DNA of 32,000 nt from Verrucomicrobiota bacterium (lineage in GTDB: Bacteria > Verrucomicrobiota > Verrucomicrobiia > Chthoniobacterales > UBA6821), in contig WBXG01000003.1 in assembly GCA_008932965.1 (NCBI GenBank), forward strand, positions 1 to 32,000, given 5' to 3'. Numbering within the stretch: the stretch's first letter is position 1; each line of letters opens with the position of its first letter. Shown here piece by piece: positions 28,314 to 32,000 of the stretch. Both the position numbers and the translations under genes were made by a program. Below the pieces are notes generated by a model. It was not told the origin of the DNA. It searched no databases and saw only the letters and a program-made list of their open reading frames with translations.

Positions 28314-29633
28314 ATGTTAAGAATTCTCTTTTGCTTCCTCACTCTTGTTTTTTTTAGTAGCTGTGTTACTGCACCAGGCCATTATCACACACCTGCTAAC
28401 AAAGTTGTCCTGAAGCCACTTCCCAAGGAACCATTCTGGTGGGGCATCTCTACTGCTTCTTTTCAAAATGAAGATCGCGGCTATCCACGTAACTCATCAT
28501 GGTATTTTAAAACTGATTGGGATCGTTATGCCGAGGAGGGCTTAGTACCGCCGCGCGGAGATGATGCAGTTTTTTCTTGGAGTGAGTTTGATCGAGATAT
28601 AGCGGCAGCAAAAAAACTCGGAGTGAATCATTTTCGTTTCGGTATTGAATGGGCTCGTATTGAACCCCATCCAGGAGTGATTAATCATGAGGCCTTGAAC
28701 CAGTACGTCTCCATGGCACGCCGTCTCAAGGCCAATGGTATTGAACCCATTGTCACTCTCTGGCACTTTACTTTTCCAGATTGGCTTTATGATGGAAAAA
28801 AGAAAAACCAATCTAACTTTTCGCATCCTGATGTTCAAAAAGCATGGCATGCTCACATGGAAAGAACCGTCCATGCCCTTGCTCCCTACGTACAGATTTA
28901 CGTTCCACAAAATGAACCCAATGGGGCCTTGCAACTTGGATGGATTGCTGGACATTGGCCACCAGGACTTCTGCTTCATCCTATGGGTTATAAAAAAGCG
29001 ATGAATACTGCAGCCTCTATGTTTCGAGATGCCGCTGCAATCGTGAGAAAAGAACGTCCTGATGCCATCATTATGGGAATTTATTCACTCCCTGAATGCA
29101 GGCGTTCCTTCACTCATGACCCTACTGCCCTTATTTACAATATTTATCAACGACAAAACTACGACCACCTCGACAAGGTTGTTGATACCTGTGACATCAT
29201 TGGTGTGAACTATTATTACTCCAAAAGCTCCAGTATTCGTGAACTCTTAGTACGTCCTATGGGAGAACGAAGTTCCGAGTACACCCAGATGGGCTGGGAA
29301 ATTGTCCCTGAAGGACTTTATCGGACCCTCTGTTGTATTCGTGATCGCTATCACAAGCCTATTGTTGTTTCAGAAAATGGAATTGCCACTCAAAGCGCCC
29401 AGAAATCCATCTCTTTTTTTCGCAATCACATCGCTCAAATGCGGCGTGCTATCAATGACGGAGTCGATGTTCGAGGCTATTTTCCTTGGACACTCGTTGA
29501 TAACTACGAATGGACCGAAGGATGGCATGGACAGTTTGGGCTCTTTTCCTACGATAAAAAGACCCATGAGCGCCATATCACTCCACCAGGCATTTGGCTC
29601 AGTCGCTTTATTAAGGCATATCCCGAGCCATAA
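28314..29633 (+). CDS. Glycoside hydrolase family 1 (beta-glucosidase-like) lipoprotein, paralogue 2
   Basis: FWWGISTASFQNED, FRFGIEWARIEP, PQNEPNG, VVSENGIAT and WTLVDNYEW. Signal plus lipobox-like FFSSC. Collinear similarity to paralogue 1 throughout. Confidence 0.85.
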   Translation: MLRILFCFLTLVFFSSCVTAPGHYHTPANKVVLKPLPKEPFWWGISTASFQNEDRGYPRNSSWYFKTDWDRYAEEGLVPPRGDDAVFSWSEFDRDIAAAKKLGVNHFRFGIEWARIEPHPGVINHEALNQYVSMARRLKANGIEPIVTLWHFTFPDWLYDGKKKNQSNFSHPDVQKAWHAHMERTVHALAPYVQIYVPQNEPNGALQLGWIAGHWPPGLLLHPMGYKKAMNTAASMFRDAAAIVRKERPDAIIMGIYSLPECRRSFTHDPTALIYNIYQRQNYDHLDKVVDTCDIIGVNYYYSKSSSIRELLVRPMGERSSEYTQMGWEIVPEGLYRTLCCIRDRYHKPIVVSENGIATQSAQKSISFFRNHIAQMRRAINDGVDVRGYFPWTLVDNYEWTEGWHGQFGLFSYDKKTHERHITPPGIWLSRFIKAYPEP

Positions 29634-29641
29634 TTATCAGA

Positions 29642-29657
29642 GCATATTTCATACTGA
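29642..29657 (+). repeat. Solo copy (S6) of the end motif: GCATATTTCATACTGA
   Basis: Identical over 16 nt to the left end of copy B (25703-25718) and to the reverse complement of the right end of copy A. Begins 9 nt after the stop of GH1 paralogue 2. Confidence 0.7.
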
Positions 29658-29919
29658 TTCTTAGTGAATCTCTGAGCAGCATAATGCAGTCAGAATAGTG
29701 CATGCTAATCATGGCAAGGAAGAAAGTGCCCCGCAATGCCGTTAAGGATGCTAAACCGTTCCATTAAGAAAAGGTGGATATCGCTAATCGAAATGCTGAA
29801 GTCCAATAAAGGCATGTCATTATTTCGTCTAGTAGAGATTTCCGTAATGTTTTACATAGGTCCGGGAGCAATATATACCGGTATCTCGAACACCGCAGGG
29901 CATAGAGATGCTAATGTAT

Positions 29920-32000
29920 CTACGATCTAACTTCAACACCTAATAGCTCCTGGAGCCGAACAATCAATCGATCACAGGCAGAAGTGACTTCTTGAGTAGT
30001 TAAGGTGCGATCCTCGTGTTGGAATGTTAATTGTAGTGTTACTGATTTTTTTTCTACTGCAATTTTCTCTCCAGTAGGATCCATAAAGATATCAAGAGGG
30101 ATGATCTTTTTAAGAAGTGGTTCTTGCGCTGCTTGGAGTTCTTTTTCAAGAAGTTCGTAGGGTACTAGCGTGTCCATTACCATTGCAAGATCACGCGTGA
30201 TGGTTGGAAGTTTTGAAAGCCCCTCCTCTTTTTTCCATGAATCACGTTCTGCGGCATGTTGAAGAGCAGTCACTTCGAGTTCAGCAACACTGAGAGAGTA
30301 TTCCTGCCCTGTCACCGTGATTTTACGGGCCATTGCAGGAGCCATGAGTCCAATATATCCGCAGTATTGCCCATCACAAAAAACATCAAGCATCCTAGCC
30401 ATTATTGGGGGTAATGCTCGTACGGAAGGACGATAACTCATTTTTCCTGGAACTAAATGATCAAGGACTCCTTTTAAATCAAAGAGATCTAGCGAGCGCG
30501 GGACTTCTTCTCGCCAGGAAAGAGGGAGGGCGTTGCCGGTCATGATAAGGCCAATTAAGATCCGTTCTTCCTCTTTAGTGATATTGCCAAAAACTTTTCC
30601 CATTTCAAACATGCGAACCGAATGTGCTCCCTGATAAAGATTATGCTTTACCACCTCTTGTAATCCGGAGATCAGGCCTGCTCTTAAAACCGATTGTTGT
30701 TCCCCTAATGGATTACAAAGCCTCAGAGCCTCAGAGGAAGAGCTCTCTAGTGGAACTAAGGCACTGGTACGGGCTTCATAAAAACCACTAGCAATCAAAC
30801 GCCGACGCAAAAGCATCATAAAATCATGGATCTTATCGGTTGGACTTGAAGGAACAGAAAAACTTAACGTACGAGCCTTGATCGATTCCAGCCCGTAGAG
30901 ACGGGCGACTTCTTCGATGAGGTCGATTTCACGCGTGAGGTCGAGACGCCACGGAGGGATTTGCCACCCCGTGTCACAGGAAAAGAGTCCAAATTTTTTT
31001 AATAGCAAAGAAATTTCTTCATCTTGAAGAGAAATTCCAAGCAGCTGACGACAACGATCGAAGCGAAAGAGGACCTCAGTTGGCAATAGCATTTCTCCAG
31101 CGATGCTAACTTCATGAGATGCTACAGCGCCTGAAATTTCAATGATCATAGCAGTAGCACGTGCTGAAGCTTCTCTAGCATTATCTGCCTGAGAACCCCG
31201 TTCAAAACGATAGGAAGCATCGGTTGCTAATCCATGAGCACGAGCAGAAGCGCGAATCATGCTAGAATTAAAAACAGCACTTTCCAATAAAATGGATTTT
31301 GTCTCTTTGGTAACGCTACTTTCAAGACCACCAATAATCCCTGCTAAGGCTTGAGCCCCCTTTTCATCGGCAATCACCAGATCAGAAGATCGTAGTAAAT
31401 ATGTTTTTCCATCGAGCAAGCTTATCTTTTCTCCCTCCGTTGCAAAACGAACCGTGAGTGCTCCTTGAATTTTATCAGCATCAAAAGCATGCAGCGGATG
31501 CCCCATTTCCATCATTACGTAATTTGTAACATCAACGATATTGTTGATACTTCTTAATCCAATCGCCTCAAGGCGTTGTTGTAACCATGAGGGGCTAGTC
31601 TTGACTGCAGTATTGGAAATAGAGCGTAAGCTATAGAAGGAACAAGCATGAGAATCTTCAATAGCAGCACGAGAACTCTCTTTTTTTACTAATGGGAGTA
31701 TCACCTCATTGCGAAAAAACTCCCCAGCTCCGAAAGCTGCAGCTTCACGAGCCACACCAACATGTCCTAACCAATCTGGACGATTTGGAGTGATTTCTAA
31801 CTCCAAAATTGTATCACTTGGAAACAGCGCGCCAAACTCAGTCCCAATAACGGTCTTAGGATCGAGAATATGAAGCCCTTCCCCCCCTTCTCCTAGCCCA
31901 AGTTCTTTTGCACTACACATCATTCCTTCACTCTCTACTCCGCGAAGCTTACCCACTTTAATTTTGATTCCACCTGGAAGAACCGCTCCCGGTAGGGCAA
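29920..32000 (-). CDS. pheT: Phenylalanine--tRNA ligase beta subunit, 5' end beyond the window
   Basis: The 678-aa track ORF has B3/4, B5 and C-terminal FDX-ACB-like regions (ITPNRPDWLGHVGVAREAAAFG, HPLHAFDADK). The frame stays open upstream of M at 31956 to the window edge (…LPGAVLPGGIKIKVGKLRGVESEGMMCS, tRNA-binding domain). Confidence 0.92.
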   Translation of the reverse strand, partial: ALPGAVLPGGIKIKVGKLRGVESEGMMCSAKELGLGEGGEGLHILDPKTVIGTEFGALFPSDTILELEITPNRPDWLGHVGVAREAAAFGAGEFFRNEVILPLVKKESSRAAIEDSHACSFYSLRSISNTAVKTSPSWLQQRLEAIGLRSINNIVDVTNYVMMEMGHPLHAFDADKIQGALTVRFATEGEKISLLDGKTYLLRSSDLVIADEKGAQALAGIIGGLESSVTKETKSILLESAVFNSSMIRASARAHGLATDASYRFERGSQADNAREASARATAMIIEISGAVASHEVSIAGEMLLPTEVLFRFDRCRQLLGISLQDEEISLLLKKFGLFSCDTGWQIPPWRLDLTREIDLIEEVARLYGLESIKARTLSFSVPSSPTDKIHDFMMLLRRRLIASGFYEARTSALVPLESSSSEALRLCNPLGEQQSVLRAGLISGLQEVVKHNLYQGAHSVRMFEMGKVFGNITKEEERILIGLIMTGNALPLSWREEVPRSLDLFDLKGVLDHLVPGKMSYRPSVRALPPIMARMLDVFCDGQYCGYIGLMAPAMARKITVTGQEYSLSVAELEVTALQHAAERDSWKKEEGLSKLPTITRDLAMVMDTLVPYELLEKELQAAQEPLLKKIIPLDIFMDPTGEKIAVEKKSVTLQLTFQHEDRTLTTQEVTSACDRLIVRLQELLGVEVRS

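Noticed and set aside
29700-29760. GGCAAGGAAGAAAGTGCC stretch considered as a possible SRP RNA domain IV-like hairpin
   Set aside because: It lacks the conserved GGAA/GNAR tetraloop context and the symmetric/asymmetric loop motifs (AGCA, GUCAGG) of bacterial 4.5S RNA. The resemblance is superficial.

Overview
AT-leaning bacterial chromosomal window, densely packed with housekeeping genes: 25 CDS (two run off the window edges) and one tRNA. I saw no transposase, integrase, CRISPR array, rRNA or recognisable defence genes. Left to right: lysC(partial)-thrC-hom preceded by an FGE/SUMF1-domain membrane protein; an isolated nuoE-nuoF pair; tRNA-Asn; carA; a plus-strand block (plsC-like, alpha/beta hydrolase, 618-aa GreA-domain protein, eno, ftsB, conserved hypothetical, pyrG, speA, gcvT); a minus-strand haem operon (hemX/ccsA-like, hemA, hemC, cobA-hemD fusion) followed by a phosphodiester-glycosidase-like gene; two divergent GH1 lipoprotein paralogues around a secreted hypothetical; pheT(partial). 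The long GreA, short HemA and FGE-domain protein suggest a PVC-superphylum (Verrucomicrobia/Chlamydiae-like) host, but this is only a guess. The main signal not explained by genes is a dispersed non-coding repeat family. Two near-identical GC-rich copies (186 nt at 7601-7786 and 257 nt at 25694-25950) lie in inverted orientation and are bounded by ~23-nt terminal inverted repeats (TTAACCCGC[A/C]TATTTCATAC[T/C]GA). At least six solo or truncated copies of the same end motif sit in intergenic spacers. One of them supplies the stop codon of the plsC-like gene, and others bracket the two least housekeeping-like loci (the conserved hypothetical gene and the GH1 cassette). It looks like a MITE/Correia-like element or a structured-RNA family, and I cannot assign it to a known family from sequence alone.
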